Source of the DNA: Octopus sinensis
Taxonomy: Eukaryota
NCBI RefSeq assembly: GCF_006345805.1
Contig: NC_043003.1
Span: 108,314,001-108,378,000 of the forward strand
DNA length: 64,000 bases
Direction: 5' to 3'
The position numbers and the translations under genes are program-made. This document shows, one piece after another, positions 36,749-48,966 of the stretch (position 1 is its first letter; every line of letters begins with the position of its first letter). Below the pieces are notes generated by a model, which saw only the letters and a list, made by a program, of their open reading frames with translations, was not told where the DNA came from and did no database searches.

Positions 36749-36932
36749 CAATAAAGGGTTTAGCAACGAATTGCCTTACCACATACCGACTTTAGAAATA
36801 GCAGTCACAGAGTTATAGCTATTTCTTCTACTATTCTTCTCCCTTTTTAGTAGAGAAATAGCTATAACTCTTTGACTGCTATTTCTAAATTCGTATGTGG
36901 TAAGGCAATTCGTTGCTAAACCCTTTATTGCT
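36747..36932. mobile_element. Hairpin MITE (about 85-bp inverted arms, about 14-nt spacer) at the end of a (TA)n tract
   Basis: AGCAATAAAGGGTTTAGCAACGAATTGCCTTACCACATAC...GTATGTGGTAAGGCAATTCGTTGCTAAACCCTTTATTGCT. Confidence 0.8.
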
Positions 36933-36949
36933 TAGTATTACTTATATAT

Positions 36950-37237
36950 ATATATATTTATATGTATGTATATTTATATGTATGTATTATATATATATAT
37001 ATATATTATATGTATGTATATTTATATGTATGTATATATATATATGTTATATATATATATGTATATAATATATGTATATATATATTATGTATATATATAT
37101 ATGTATATATATATATGTATATATATATATATGTATATATGTATATATGTATATATATTATATGTATGTATGTATATATGTATATATGTATGTATTATAT
37201 ATATATATATATATGTTATATATATGTATATATATAG

Positions 37238-37272
<35 letters not shown>

Positions 37273-37277
37273 GTATG

Positions 37278-37319
<42 letters not shown>

Positions 37320-37332
37320 ATAATATATATAT
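36950..37332. repeat. Compound (TA)n/(TATG)n microsatellite
   Basis: Direct reading of the sequence. Confidence 0.95.
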
Positions 37333-39356
37333 TGTAGATGATTGTGCTTTTTCTACCAAGGCTTATAACGAGAAAATCAAAAGGTAGGATTAGATTTGAT
37401 TACATTCTTCGCTTCTGCGCACCAAAGCACATAACCACCTGATACTTTTCATATGTTATACGAAGATGACGTCATAAATCTGAAGCATATTAGAGACAGG
37501 GGGACGCTGTTAGTCCGTCCTATTACCGCTTCCACGAAAATGTAACAGACAAGTCCCTCGTAGTTTTCGTCAGTAGGTGCCAAAGTAATGAATCAGGGTA
37601 GAGTATTATTCTTTCTATGCGTGTACTCCTGTATTTTGTCTTGAGCATAGAGAAATTCAATAGGCATAGAGAAATTGAACAGTAAAATAAGGAAGGAAGT
37701 AAGGAAGGGTTTGATTCAGCAGCGTTATTACTTAGGTCACGGCGATTAATAGCCAAATTTACTGTTATGGATCTAGGAGATTAAAAATAGTATGCAATTT
37801 TAAGGCCACATTTTCTAACATAAAACGAAAAGCTAACTTAATATTTCCAGGATTGGGCTTACTTAAATACACGTTTATTTCTATTTTAAGGTTAATATAA
37901 CGCATCGTAGCATATTTTTCTCTTTGCCCAAGAGGCTATTAAAACTCCGATGTAAAATTAGCTTATATATCTCAAAATATAACAGTCTTTAAAATGATTT
38001 GGCTTTTATGTTGAACTGTTAGAGTTTAGATATTTTATAGCGGCAATTTCTTCTTAATGCTAAATAATCATTCGAAAAATGAAAATGATGTTTATTTTGT
38101 CTTTAATCTTCGATTTTTGAGAAGCATATTAACTATGCATTATGCATCTTCACAAACAAATGTATTTCTGGAAATAACATTAAAGACATTGAATCATTTG
38201 TTTAACCATTGGAAACATCGGTCCAGACTATATACTATCACTGGAAATTACATGAAACGTCAATGAAATCGAATAGCTCAGTCAGGTAGCGGGTATGTAT
38301 TGTAAATTTTGTTAGCCACAATTATATTGCTATCGAATATTCTATAACCAAGAGGAGAAAATGAGCTCTCTTAAAAATATCTCATCACTTGGATTTTAAA
38401 AATATGTTGAAGCTAAGACATTTTTACAGATATGGTTCCGAGTTAGCAAAACCAAAAATGCCGATGATTCATATCAAATGTGAAATGTCAGTTGACAATG
38501 TCTAAGGTAAAAACAAAACAAAAATTAGCAGTAGATATCATAGAAAGGTGTATCTTACCCCAATAGCCAACTCTGACATTGCTTAAGGCTAGTTTTGTTA
38601 TCATTTACTGCTTAGTTTGAATCATCCAGCAACTTATTTGTGGTTAGATGTTTAGTAAAAAAAGTGAATTTTACAGGAGTTTCAAATAGAGAAATACTAA
38701 GCTGACAATTGAGAAATTCGCCAAAGCCAATTCACATCGCGATGTGTTTGTCTTAAATAGAACCAGAGAGTCAATATTCTTATCTAAAATCTGAAGTTTC
38801 GTGCCTTGCAAAAATCATCGGAAAGACAAGCCTCTCTTCAAACAATCTAGAGTAAATTCCGTTGTTCTATCTTTTGGATTGTGTTTGTAAAGATAACATT
38901 GAGAATAAAATGGTATTTGGAAAACCTAGGAGACCACCAATGCACCTATCTTATAATAAACTGAAACATATTGTTGCCAATCTAGAGGTATGAGTGTTTA
39001 ATTACAATCTAGACGTATGGGTGTTTAATTACTGGAGTGAATAATATTCTGTATAGTGGCTAAAACGTTAAGATGAATTATGCGTGTAGCTTAGATATTT
39101 TCAATTATCTAAATCTATTATATAACAGCACAAAACAAATTCTGTGATTCACTGACTCACTTCAAACATTATAAACATAATGAAAACAAATATATACTTT
39201 GCATAATTAAAGCAAGTAAATTTATATTGACAAGCTGATGATAAATGTTGTTTTTCAGTCGAGGAAATTAATTTTTACAAAAATAAATGGAGACAAACCA
39301 AGCACAAAATTAAGTTTTATCATAATTTTTTTTTTAAAGTTAGAACTTTAGTAGGA

Positions 39357-39572
39357 AATATTGGTTTCTAATTTTGACACTAGACCAGTAGTTTCAGGGG
39401 AGGGGATAAGTCAATTATATATACCCTAGTACTCAACTGGTACTTATTTTATCGACTCCGAAAGGATGAAAGGCAAAGTCGACATGGGAAGAATTTGAAA
39501 AGTCAAAATGTAAAGACGGACGAAATGCTGCTAAGCATTTTTCCCGTCGAGATAACGATTCTGCCAGTTCAT
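39357..39572 (-). mobile_element. Family-A SINE
   Basis: Full head-core-tail on the minus strand. Confidence 0.85.
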
Positions 39573-41038
39573 CATCTTATTTTAGTATGAAATATTGATA
39601 GCAAATATATCATATATAACCAGAAGACAAGGGCATTATTTGTGAAAAGAAACTCGATCGAGGACTTAAATGTAATTCTGCAGAACTCACCATTATACAA
39701 GGATATAAGTTGACTCGCGTAACCAATAGATGAAACCTCATTTTCATTTAGTGCATCGTAGTGCATCTGGACGTCTCAGATAAGTTCTATTCGTCTTCAA
39801 GTGACAGACAGCAGGAAATGTTGAAATCAATATTTCAAGTTAACGAAATGCCTATCATATTTATAATGTTCTTAATGAACAGAGCAGAGAAGTGTAGCGA
39901 TCATAATCTGTTTCTAGTTAAGTGTACTGAATGATTTCAGAGTTTAGAATCTTGATCATGAACACAATGTAACAGTGGTAATACATAATGTAGGCTTACA
40001 GAAACCTTATGGGCCGGACAATAGTCTATCGATTTACTTCACTGCAACTCAAGAATACAGCTGAATAAATTTGGTAAAATGGCTAATTGGTCAACAGAAT
40101 TAGGTTTCCTTTTAATATATCTTGTGGTGAAGAATTTCTTTTCGTAACCTCATAGCTCTGAGTTCGATCCTACAATGCAGCTGTTCGGCAAGTCTTCCCA
40201 AATAGCATAGGGTTAACCACTACCTTGAGAATAGAATGTTTTTGACGGAAACTACGTGGAATCTCGTCGCGTGTGTTCATGTGTGTGTGTGTTCGAGTTT
40301 ATATTTTCTGGTGTACTGAGCTGCGACACTTTATGTAAAAGAAATCAACTCCAACTCAAAATCGATAAAATAAGCACAAACTATAACAAGCTTTACGATC
40401 AATATGATGGACAAAGATACTTGAAGGTGGTGGCCCAGGATGGCCACTATCGAATGGCAGATCACTAATAAAAGAGGTGTTCTGTTGGTCAACTACATCA
40501 AAATGTGTGTGTGCGTTCGTGTGTGTGTGTGTGTGTGTGCGTGTGTGTGTGTGTATGTGTGTGTGTGTGTGTGTGTATGTGTGTGTGTGTGTGTATGTGT
40601 GTGTGTGTATGTCTTCATTACATTGCATTGAAGTTAGCCCAGTTCTTTGGTTCTGAGATGCTACATTTTCCACCTAAGCCCGAACAAGTGAGATGGCATT
40701 GAAATTGTGATGCTGGGGTTTCTTCTCTTCGCAGCGGACCACCTTTATCATTATCATTATTATTCTGGTATTCTATCCTTTTTAATCCAGACAATGGAAA
40801 GCTAGAAGTTTGTCTGAATCGATAAGATGTCCCTTCGCTTCGGCAATGGCAAGACACTCATCATCAATCTCGTGAAACCACTTGTTAACGCAGATAAACA
40901 CGATAAAATGACCAACCATCTTCACCAAGTTGCAACAGAAGCAGCAGCAGCAGCAGCAGCAGCAGTAACTACGAAGTAAACCGTTTCCCAGCCTGTTTTT
41001 TTCTTCTTCTTCTTCTTCTTCTTCTTCTTCTTCTTCTT

Positions 41039-41069
<31 letters not shown>

Positions 41070-41769
41070 TGCTACAACACCTACAACAACAAAAAACAGC
41101 TCAACTAAAGAGATTGACTGGAAATAATATCAGAACTCAATAAACTATTCTTAAATTGATATTGTCTGCAGATCTCTTGCCTTTTCGTTCGTTTGTTTTT
41201 TATTGTTATTTTTTTTTATTTATCTAGTTGTTTAGTTGCTTGGTTTATTTCTTTAATCATGTTCGATAAATATAGTTATTTTCTGTTTTTTAGGCAAAAA
41301 AAAAAATTTCATCTAGCAGCATCCTTATCAATAATAATCTTCGACAAAGTAGCTCTCAGTGAAGAAAGTACAATTCAATAGAGGAATTGATCAATAAGAA
41401 GATTTCAGAAGAAAAATATATAAAGTAGCCCTTCATTGAGGAGTCGCAGCTGAAATGTAATGATAGGCAGTACTCCAGCATGGCCGCAGTCAAATGACTG
41501 AAACAAGTAAAAGAATAGAGAGCCGGTTTAAAGATCTTTAGTTCGTTCCTTAACCCCGGCGCAATGCAGTGTCCGTAGCAATAACACTGTCAGGCTTTCC
41601 ATTTTGGTACTTGTTTAGCTCCAGGCCATTCTTTATCTAACAGACCTGCTTACAGAATGCAAGATATAACTGAAGGTATATTTTCCAATAAAAAAAACAA
41701 TAATATAGCAAAAATCTAAGTGTGTTTTATTAAATATTTGTGCCTATTCTCGCTTAGTATTGTCATAAG

Positions 41770-42200
41770 ATTAATAAATGAATCAGCCTTCAGCTTCGAT
41801 GACTCCATCAATGCGGGACTGGAATCGTTAACACGCCTGCTTTAAACAATTCGTTATTCGTTTCGGACATCATCTGAAACAGTGGTGATCTTCAGTGAGG
41901 CTATAGTACAGTGAGAATGTCGATTAGTCTCCCTTTCAACGACGCTCCAAACGTAATCATGTGATTTCAGTCTGTTGAGTTTCTAGAGGTTATGATTTCA
42001 GTTTTACAGGATCATGAATTTTGTTTAATATCAATTCTTGGGTAACATGGGCTTTATGAGAACATTTAGAGGCTTGTTGAAACACTTAGGACCTTGCACT
42101 GCATATTCATCTATCCAGGGCTCAACAAATAACTCCAGCCTCTCAATGTATTCAGCAGCAATAATTCTAAAATCTTGTTGAAAGGACTATATTATCCCGT
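41770..42200 (-). pseudogene. Tc1/mariner transposase fragment
   Basis: IAAEYIERLELFVEPWID...; DYVWSVVERETNRHSH; FQSRIDGVIEAEG. Confidence 0.75.
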
Positions 42201-42934
42201 GTGAGTTTCGGTTTTAAAGCGACAAAATGTAATTTAAAAGAAGGTTGGCTTCTGTTTCTAACTGATTTAGCAACTACGCAAAGGCTCCTTTATTGACTCA
42301 TAATATTTTGTGTAAATGGCGGGGGATAAAAAAGAAAACCAAAATAATACCCCGTTTCAATTTTAAGGTCGTTAAGATCATTTAGTTAAAACCTATTATT
42401 TAGCAGCAGCTGAGGGTTTCATTCTTTTGCTTCAACAATATGGCGACGCTGAGTCCTCTTTTAATGTTAAAGTTTATAAAATGAAATTCAAACTAAGAAA
42501 TGCAAGCCGTAAATATCTCTGGATAATTACAGATTTATTACATGTAACGTGAAATTTGTCAAAAATAGGTAAATGGGTTAAATTTTTATGATCGACTTCG
42601 CCATTTATCTCTCTGAGTCGAGTAGGTTGAGCCACTAATAAATCAAACTAAATGTTTCAATGACTGATTATTCAAAGCATTCCGCCAGCGTTGATATATG
42701 TTTATATCAGATATACAACTCGCCCTGGTTCAGTTCACACAGCTATTAATAATTATGACTCACATCTGTAAATAGTAGATATATAATTAACGAGTATTTT
42801 AATAGATATTAGATTAAAATGTTGGACACTGAGGTAGCAACGAGGAACCATTCCACAATATCGCCCTAAAAAGTGGTAGTATAGATCTGGAGGATGTATG
42901 GTTCTGTCAGACTGCTGTTATTACTTGTAACTAA

Positions 42935-43152
42935 GGTGGCGAACTGATTGAACTGCGAGTACACCGGAAAAAACGCTTAGGGACATTTCTTTCTGCTCTT
43001 TACGTTCTGAATTCAAATTCTACCGAGGACGACTTTGCGTTTCATCGTTTAATCGGTAAAATAAGTTACAGTTGAACACTGGAGGTCGAGTAATTGATTA
43101 ACTTCCTCTTCTAAAATTTGCTGGCCTTGTGCCAAAATTTGAAGTCATTATT
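42935..43152 (+). mobile_element. Family-A SINE
   Basis: GGTGGCGAACTG...TTCAAATTCTACCGAGGACGACTTTGC...GGCCTTGTGCCAAAATTTGAA. Confidence 0.8.
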
Positions 43153-43757
43153 GCTTCCAGCCGTGTTCCTCTCAAATACTCTGCAGATTTGTAATCAACT
43201 TAATGAACATACATACAGAAGATTCTTTCTTCTTCTAAGTAGCAGCAGTTCTATAGAAAAACTGAAGGCCTTGTTTCCTAACTTGAAGGGTATAATATTC
43301 TGTAAATCTAAAAGCTCTTGGAAAAGTTGTAGCTAAACTTAAGCATAAAAAGCTATGAAACACAGAAACATTGTATAAAACACAGAAACATTGTTTAAAA
43401 GCCCCTCGGTCTTCTTCTCGGGTTTTATCTTGATATTACAATAGCCAGTTCGTCAAATGTTTTCAGTAATCTAATATCGCCCCCTAAAACTATAAAGGAT
43501 CTATGTGAGGTGGATACCACGTGTTCAGATGACCCTTGGACAAGCTGTATAAGATCCGAGTTGAAGCTTTAAGCAACAGAAGATGCAGCTGTAGACAACG
43601 TCAACAAACTCACTCAAAAAATACGAAACACAAGGAAACAATATCGCGACATTGAAAGTGGAATCAATAAAAAGAGATGAATAACATGGACAGGTAACCC
43701 TAGCAATTTTAGGATTCATACAATAATCACAGCTCAACCTGTCTTAAAGCCTTTCAG

Positions 43758-43839
43758 TATGACCGATCTTGAGAGCTACAAAGATTGTAATTTAAGGAAA
43801 GGGGAAATAGGGAAGATCGGTGAAATAAGAAAGATCGAG
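43758..43839 (+). CDS. Candidate 82-nt exon of an unidentified host gene
   Basis: cctgtcttaaagcctttcag|TATGACC...ATCGAG|gtaagt; phase 2 to 0: (N)MTDLESYKDCNLRKGEIGKIGEIRKIE; phase-compatible with 30791-30830. Confidence 0.55.
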
Positions 43840-44070
43840 GTAAGTGAAACAAAGAGATTGCAATCGGATATCAAAATCCTCTGATTTATTGGGAGCTTAC
43901 CTCTGACTATAACGTTTATAAATCTTTACTTCACTGATCGATTCTCAAAAAATAGATATCAAATCTCAGTCCCATTCTAACAACTTAAAAACTAAAACAA
44001 TATCGTCCCAGATAAAATAACCTGAGAAAAAATCGTGGAGTTGCTGGTCGTAGCTTTTAGACATTTGATC

Positions 44071-44467
44071 CTTTCTACTATAGGCACAAGGCCTGAAATT
44101 TTGGGGGAAGGAGCAAGTCGATTATATCGACACCAGTACTCAACTGGTACTTAATTCATTGACCCCGAAAGAATGAAAGGTAATGTCGACTTCGACGGAA
44201 TTTGAACTCAGAAAGTAGTGACGGGCGAAATACCTATTTCTTTACTACCCACAAGGGGCTAAACACAGAGAGGACTAACAAGGACAGACATAGGTGTTAA
44301 GTCGATTATATCGACCCCAGTGCGTAACTGGTACTTATTTAATCGACCCCGAAAGGATGAAAGGCAAAGTCGACTTCGGCGGAATTTGAACTCAGAATGT
44401 AACGACGGGCAAAATACCGCGTAGCATTTCGCCCGGCGTGCTAACGTTTCTGCCAGCTCGCCGCCTT
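44071..44467 (-). mobile_element. Family-A SINE dimer (A2 body inserted in an A1 copy)
   Basis: Outer TSD TTTTAGACATTTGATC at about 44055-44070 and 44468-44483; internal junction at 44234. Confidence 0.88.
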
Positions 44468-45417
44468 TTTTAGACATTTGATCACAGGTCCATCTAATCC
44501 GGGCTAATCTAAAGCTTACCAACAACAATATCATCAACAACAACAGCAGCAGCAGTAGCAGCAGCAGCAGCAGGACAGCGATGGCTGGCATAAAGCTTTT
44601 AGTCAAGAAAAGTTATAGTGAAGAATGAAGCTGTGTCTCTAAGTGAAATAAGAATTGGCGTCAGAACGGTCATCCATTATTATCCGATCCGTTATCCGTG
44701 TGGCTTTCGTACCTCTAATCATCAATATGTAGCAAATGTGCAAGACGGATATTGATATTGTACCAGTAACGTGGTTAATACCAACAGTGTCAAATAGGTT
44801 TCTGATTACGTTTTGGAATTATTGATGGTGAATAAATGATATTGCAGCTAACATCTGAACTTTATCTTCACAAATTAACTTCGTTTATAATTTTTGTTGC
44901 CGGAATATATTTTATATTCTATGTTTGTTGCAAAACATCGATAAAACAATAAAAGATTTTTGGTGCCCTATATACATATATATATATATATTATCATATA
45001 ATATCATATGATATCATAAATCATGTGTGCGTGTGCGTGTGTGTGTGTGTGGAGTTTACACATCCCATCTATTTGTCACTTTCTGTTTCTTTCCTTCCTT
45101 TTTTCCTTTCTCTCTTTCTCTCTCTTTCTTCCTTCCGTCTCTCTCTCTTTCTCTCTCTGTATATAACTATATCTATGGCACCAAAAATGTCTTATTGGTT
45201 TTATATACATATATATATATATATACATACATGCATATATATATATATATGTATATATACATAAGTGTTCATGTGTCTGTGTTATATATATATATACACA
45301 CACACACATATATATATACATACATATATATCATATATATACACTATGCCTATGCACACATGTACATCCAAACATATATATGCGTGTGTCTACACATAGA
45401 TATACACAGGTTTATAT

Positions 45418-45530
45418 ACATACATACATACACACATATATACATACATACATACATACATACATACATACATACATACATACATACATACATACATACA
45501 TACATACATACATACATACATACATACATA
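45418..45530. repeat. (ATAC)n microsatellite; a (GATA)n tract also lies at 46300-46398
   Basis: Direct reading of the sequence. Confidence 0.95.
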
Positions 45531-46132
45531 CGCATTCCGCACTTATTCCTCTCAAGACTATTGATATATAATTATCACTAACGGAAATCAAATTAACACC
45601 ATAACTTGGAACATCGTTACACATATCAATTCACAAGTGCAAACATTATCTTTCTAGGTTCGCAACACATGGGTATTCGCATTTCTTGCAACTAGCTTAA
45701 TCTATGTCTGTACAATCAGCAAGGGAGTAAAACAAAGAGGGTTGTAGCGGATTATGAATTTATACCGCTCAGAAAATTTTTTAAAAAATATTAAAATAGA
45801 CTTATAAAAATAGATACGACTGCAACCGGGAAACCGCGAAATCTACTACAGTGTTTTTTTTTATGTAAAGGAATTCTCTGGAAAATTCAGATATAAGTAA
45901 ATTTAAATTCTACTTACGAAGAAAAGTATGGTATTGATATTTCATCGTGTAAAGGATTCTACGGATGACATAAGTGCGAAAAAACTGTTCAAAATTTAGG
46001 TTTCCCCAGGATATTGATATAAAAAAATATTGCCAACTGATATTAAATTAGTCGTAGTTTTAGGGATATTGATTTAGATATATATACATATATATATACA
46101 CACAGACAACACACCACACACACACACACACG

Positions 46133-46175
<43 letters not shown>

Positions 46176-46211
46176 TATATATATATGCATATACATATAT
46201 ATATACATATT

Positions 46212-46254
<43 letters not shown>

Positions 46255-46297
46255 CATATATATCAACGTATATATATATAGAGAGAGAGAGGGAGAG

Positions 46298-46398
<101 letters not shown>

Positions 46399-46706
46399 GC
46401 ATGCTGATGCAAACAAGAAAAATAGAACTCAAAATATGGGTGTATGTATATTTTTATTATTTAACCGAAGTAACAGAGTGACTCATGGTCCGAGAGTTTC
46501 GTACGTTGTCATTTATCAAACTTCTGCTGTGCAGCAATCAAGTTTCGAAGATGTCTCATTTTCTATTCTTCGTTATGATTTGTTGACTATATAAATATAT
46601 ACTCTATGTGCTGCATAAGATCAAGTGCAGCAAACTTAGGATTTACCTATTGAGTGGAGTATCGCGTAACTGTTTATCTTGAATTTCATATGTTGTATAC
46701 GTTGTG

Positions 46707-46744
<38 letters not shown>

Positions 46745-46939
46745 GGAGTTTAACGCAGGTGTAATTCAAATACCTTTACTTCCGACACATGTTTCGAAGA
46801 TATCACTGATATTAATTCCAAAGGAATAAAATGGTGTAAAACAATGTAATCTATTTATCTATATTTTCCGTGTTAATTGCTAACAAGGGAAAAATACACA
46901 CATCTATATATATAGATGTGTCTGTGTTTGAAACTCCAC

Positions 46940-47130
46940 CACCACCACCACCGTCGCTTGACAACCGATATTGGTGTGTTAAGGACCCCGTAACTTAGCC
47001 GTTTGGCAAAACATACAGATAGAATAAGTACTAGGCTTACAAAGAATAAACCTTGTAGTCGATTTCTTTGACTTAAGGCGGTGCTCCAACATGGCCACAG
47101 TCACCTGACAGAAACAAGTAAAATAATATA
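46940..47130 (+). mobile_element. Family-B SINE tail
   Basis: CGCTTGACAACCGAT...GGCGGTGCTCCAACATGGCCACAGTC...GAAACAAGTAAAA. Confidence 0.8.
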
Positions 47131-47177
47131 AGAACTATACCGTTTTAATCCCCAGAAACGCCGGGTATCTCTGCTAG

Positions 47178-47233
<56 letters not shown>

Positions 47234-48202
47234 GTATATTCATACATACATACATATATACATGCATACAAACATACATACATACATGCATGCATACATA
47301 CATACATACATACATACATACATACATACATACATACATACATACATACATACTTGGCCGGATTAAGGCCAACACACGCCTTAAGCAGAACCCAACGACC
47401 TTCTATTGTCAATAGATGCGGAATACAAAATGATAGATTAAAATTCTATTTTCGTACGGAATGAATATAAATAACTTATAACCAGAGCAACGGGAAAAGT
47501 ACAAATTTTCAGCAATTCTATTCATTTGTAAAATGTTAAATCCAGAACAAAGCAAAGCATTCTCTTCTCTTGATCATATTTGTTTAATGATTAATCCGAG
47601 CGAACATATAAATATGCTTTCATACATCGGTTTACATCCATCCATCCATCCATCCATCCATCCATACATACATACATACATACATACATTTACATTCAGG
47701 CATTGCATCTATGCATGTTGCACGTATACATATATACACTCAAACATACAACCATGCATAGGAACATGCATGCATACATACATGCATGTATATATGCATT
47801 CATACATACAGACATGCACGCATATATACATGCATGTGTGCAAGCATGCATACATACATGTATACATAGAAACTTACGTACATATATGCAAGGAGGCGTA
47901 TATGCATTCTTACATGCATACACACAAGGAACATAGATGCATTCATATACGTATATGCATACTTATATATGCATGTATACATGCATGCATACGCATATGT
48001 ATGCGTGCATTCAAACATGCATACAGGCATACCTATATACATTATAGGTGACTGAGGTAATTGGTGATTGAAAAAATCTACTATGAGAAACAAGAATGAC
48101 AGAATCACTAACACACGTGTATGTATGTATGTAAGTATGTATGTATGCATGTATGCATTTTTCAATGCACGTACGTATGTATGTATATACATACGTATTT
48201 AA

Positions 48203-48244
<42 letters not shown>

Positions 48245-48966
48245 GGGAATGTTTCTGTGTATGTATGTATGTATGTATGTGTGTATGTATGTGTGTGTGT
48301 GAGGTACTTGGCTTAACCATAAATCTAACCAAGACTGTTATCATGTTTCGGCCAACACCAGGAATGCCATTCATAGAACCTAGTATCTACGTGTATGGAA
48401 GAAAACTTGCTGTGGTTTCTAAGCTCGTTTGCTTAGGGAGCACACTAAACACATCGGCGAATCTTGATGTTGAAGTGTCGCTACGCATTCCGAATCCCAA
48501 TTTTGCTTTGGCAAACTGGAAGACCGCCTATTGTCTAGACATGGTATTTCCATTGTGACAAAGATTATAGTATACAATACGTGTATATTAACGTCTTTAT
48601 TGCGAAACCTGGACTGTGTATCGTAAGCACTTAAAACTTATGGAACGTTTTTATCAACTGTGGTGTGAACGATGAAAAGAGTACAACAGAAAAAGGTAGA
48701 ATGGAAATGTAATTGGGTCTTACCTCGTTGGAGATGAATTCGGATACCTCTTAGCCAACTCGATGCGTCTGGTGCCTTCGTCGTGTCTGCAGCAACTCGT
48801 CGATCCCACACGTGCGTTCTGCCTGTCACTTCCGCTTCCTCTCGCGCATGCGCCCTGCAAGCCCTGCTTCCGCCCTGCGAGCCCTACTTCCGCTCTCCCC
48901 TATCCGTCATACTCTCTCACCAACACCACATGCCCCCCTGATCTACAGATCACTGAACCGGCTTTC

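Noticed and set aside
38430-38506. Candidate exon (K)YGSELAKPKMPMIHIKCEMSVDNV*
   Set aside because: Phase-compatible with 30791-30830, but all frames stop before the donor; 43758-43839 has better sites and an open frame. Not excluded as an alternative terminal exon.
38970-39030. Short tandem duplications (27 bp here, about 22 bp at 43361-43400, about 30 bp at 34765-34830)
   Set aside because: Ordinary slippage-type duplications with no further structure.
39624-39671. Candidate 48-nt exon DKGIICEKKLDRGLK
   Set aside because: Phase 1 to 1 does not fit between the phase-2 neighbours, and the acceptor is weak.
40817-40978. Short ORF MSLRFGNGK...AAAAAAAAVTTK after a good acceptor at 40790
   Set aside because: All frames from the acceptor hit stops, and the poly-Ala is a (GCA)n microsatellite.
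42040-42180. Protein-like minus-strand segment FRIIAAEYIERLELFVEPWIDEYAVQG, first read as a host exon
   Set aside because: It continues into DYVWSVVERETN and FQSRIDGVIEAEG, so it is a Tc1/mariner transposase relic.
43570-43680. Open stretch ATEDAAVDNVNKLTQKIRNTRKQYRDIESGINKKR*
   Set aside because: Weak acceptor, incompatible phase and no recognisable family; left unannotated.
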